Below are positions 61,502-64,000 of a DNA stretch of 64,000 bases, in pieces (positions within the stretch are counted from its first letter, which is position 1; every line of letters starts with the position of its first letter). Both the position numbers and the translations under genes were made by a program. The notes under the pieces were generated by a model. It saw only the letters and a list, made by a program, of their open reading frames with translations. It made no database searches and was not told where the DNA came from. This DNA is from an uncultured delta proteobacterium (GTDB taxonomy: Bacteria; Desulfobacterota; Binatia; UBA9968). The DNA is taken from positions 1 through 64,000 of the forward strand of contig CAVWLW010000003.1 in assembly GCA_963755715.1 (NCBI GenBank), written 5' to 3'.

Positions 61502-63926
61502 TTACGGTGCTACTTGGACGCCGAGCATGCGGCCGAGATCTTCACAGCAAGCGACCCAACGGCGCGCCGTTTCGTCGCCGCGTTTTTCGGCGTCGCGCTG
61601 ATGGGGATATTCCCGCTTCCACAGCTGATAAAAAATATTTTGGACTTTCCAGAGATGGGTCGTGAACGGGAGCTCTTGAAGAAAGCTCGCGGCGTCGTGC
61701 AATTGCTCGAGTGCGGCCAACGAGGATTGCGTCGCAAGCACGCCGGCCACGCGCTCCAACGACTGCCGGTAGGCAAACTCCAAGGCCGTCATGTCGAGAG
61801 CGATGCCTTCGGCTTTGGCGGACTCAAAAAGGCGGGTGACCTCGGCGCGATCGATCTGCGTTCGTTCCAGCGCTGCGCGCAAATCCTGATTCAATACGAA
61901 CTCCGCCGCGGCGGCAAATCCTTTGGGAAGGGGAATCGCGAGATCGGTGAGAAAACGCATGAGCGGCGCGCGCGACTCGTAAACTTGCCGATAGAGCGCC
62001 GCCGCTTCGGCGAGATTGGCAGCCAGGATTTTCGTCAAGACGCTTCTTTGCTGGTCGTGAAAGAGCGAGCGCAAAGAGTAGTTCGATTCGCCGAAGCGAC
62101 GCTCCATCACGCGCAGGACCGCGGTGAGCTCGGCGCGGCGAAACGGTTCCACGGCGCTTTCAATCACGCTTTGATAGCTTGCGTCATCGCGAAATTCGCC
62201 AACCCCGCCGCTAATGTTGTGGTCGCCCAGATGGAGCACGCCGAAATTGAGCCTGGCAGTTTCCTGGGTAATTCTCGACGTGAGACGAACTCGGCCGAAG
62301 GCGAGCTTGGCTCGGCCGGCGGTGAAAACCTGTTGATCTTCACGGCTGGCGTCGTAGCAGTAGATCGCGGTCTCGCGCGGATAGTCTTCGAACAAAGTGC
62401 TGACCGCGTAATGGGCGCCGACTTTTTCCCAGTCAACCTTGGCGGGCCGGACCGAACGCGCATAGATGTCGGATCCATTGCCCTGCGCCGCGACGTTGCT
62501 TTTGGCCGCCGCCAAGCGCTGGGTAAACTGGCTTTCCAAAGACGCGCCGAAAAGGTCTTCCGCTAGTTGCAAGGCGCGGCCGGCGAACTGGAGAATTTGC
62601 ACGGCTTCGATGCCGGAAATGTCGTCGAAGAACCAACCGCAACTGGTGTACATGAGCATGGCATGGCGCTGCATTTCGAGGAGCTTGAGCGCCGTCACGC
62701 TTTCCGTGGCAGTCAAGCTCCGCCCGGCGTGAGCGGTGACAAAGCTTCGAATGTTTTCCGCCGATCGATCGTGAACGACGTCGATGTAGCCATTGCGGGC
62801 GGCCCAGGGATCGTTGAATAGCGCGCGCGCTTTCTCTTCCCAGCGCGGCGCGATGGTGTCGCGCAGCCAGTCCAGCGCGTTGCGCAGCGGCGTGCGCCAC
62901 GCCTGGTTCCAGCCGGGATGGGCGCCCGAGTTGCAGCCGCAATCGCTCCACCAGCGATCGATGCCGTGGGCGCAGCTCCAGGAGCTTTTCTCGACGATTT
63001 CGACTTCGTCGGTCGGCGGGTATTTTGCCAAGAACTCGCCGTAGTTGGTAAGTTGCGCCGGCGCGCCCGCGCCGATCCGATCTAGGACATAGGCCAGGGC
63101 CATGTCGCCGAAGCGATGATGGTGGCCGTAGCTCTCACCGTCCGTGGCGACGTGCACGAGCTGGGCGCCGTCTCTTTGGGCGAAAGCGCCGGTCAATCTT
63201 TCGATGAAACGATCGCCGTGCGAAAGCAGTCCCTCGAAAGCCACGGCGCGCGCGATCGGGCCGTCATAAAAAAACAGCGCGATCGATCTTCCCGACGGCA
63301 GACGGTGCTGGTAGGCGCGGGTGCCGTCGATGGGCCGACCCTTGAGCTCGTGCCATTTCGCCTCGCCGATCCGGCGCACACGCGCCGCCTGATGCGGCGC
63401 CAGAATCGTAAAACGCAGGCCAAACTCGGCGAGCAATTCGAGAGTTTCCAAATCGACGGCGGTTTCCGGGAGCCACATTCCTTCCGGCGCGCGGTTAAAT
63501 CTTTTTTCGAAGTCGCGCACGCCCCAGATAATTTGAGTGGCGCGATCGCGGCTGTTGGCCAAGGGCATGATGACGTGATTGTAAGCCTGGGCGATAGCGG
63601 CAGCCGTGGCCGGAAAAGTATTTTTGGCTTTCCCGGTCGGCGGCCAAGATCGCGGCGTAGACGTCCGGCGCCTTGACTTCCAGCCATGATAAGAGCGTCG
63701 GACCAAAGTCGAAGCTCATTTTGGCGTAGTTATTGACCAGCTTGACGATGCGGCCTTGTCCATCGAGAATCCGCGAAACCGAATTGGGCGCATAGCATTC
63801 CGCGGTGATTCTTTCATTCCAATCGTGATAGGGCGCGGCTGAATCTTGCAACTCGACGGCTTCGAGCCAGGGGTTTTCCCGCGGCGGTTGGTAGAAATGG
63901 CCGTGAATACAAATGAAGCGTTCCAT
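61502..63926 (-). CDS. Glycoside hydrolase family 57 with DUF3536 (frameshift near 63607)
   Basis: IHGHFYQPPRENPW, GMWLPETA, ATDGESYGHH, SWSCAHG, MYTSCGWFFD. Confidence 0.9.
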
Positions 63927-64000
63927 GTGAGGATGCTTGGTCGTGGCACGACGTCAGGCTCGGCCCCGACGGCGTGCGCAAGGCTTGGGGTTAGGGATTG

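Overview
A 64 kb GC-rich bacterial chromosomal segment. The gene content suggests a deltaproteobacterium-like organism, probably Candidatus Binatia/Binatota (inference from the many stand-alone NMT1/SsuA-type binding proteins, bicupin, amidohydrolase and SDRs). Contents in order: Flp pilin and SRAP remnant; moeA plus moeA-PBP; an orphan sensor kinase; a Na+-translocating acyl-CoA decarboxylase operon; plsY, OmpA and glycine-zipper lipoproteins; an Mrp/SufT/MEMO operon; catabolic dehydrogenases with four orphan binding proteins; an aa3-type cytochrome c oxidase operon; nadX; a scrambled fumC remnant; a decayed accessory region; a potassium locus; GH57. More than a dozen genes carry single-base frameshifts, most likely read or assembly indels. 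No rRNA, tRNA, CRISPR array or transposase was recognised. The most notable system is at about 45.2-61.4 kb. Back-to-back sigma-54 promoters flank two palindromic boxes. Rightward they read a 27-aa peptide, kdpFABC, a charge-reversed PII paralogue, GlnK and an atypical Amt. Leftward they read a REC-TPR protein, a CMK-like-BON protein and sugar enzymes. The usual KdpD/KdpE pair is replaced by a split KdpD, a KinB-like kinase and an AlgB/NtrC-like activator. This is a candidate circuit coupling K+ and NH4+ homeostasis.
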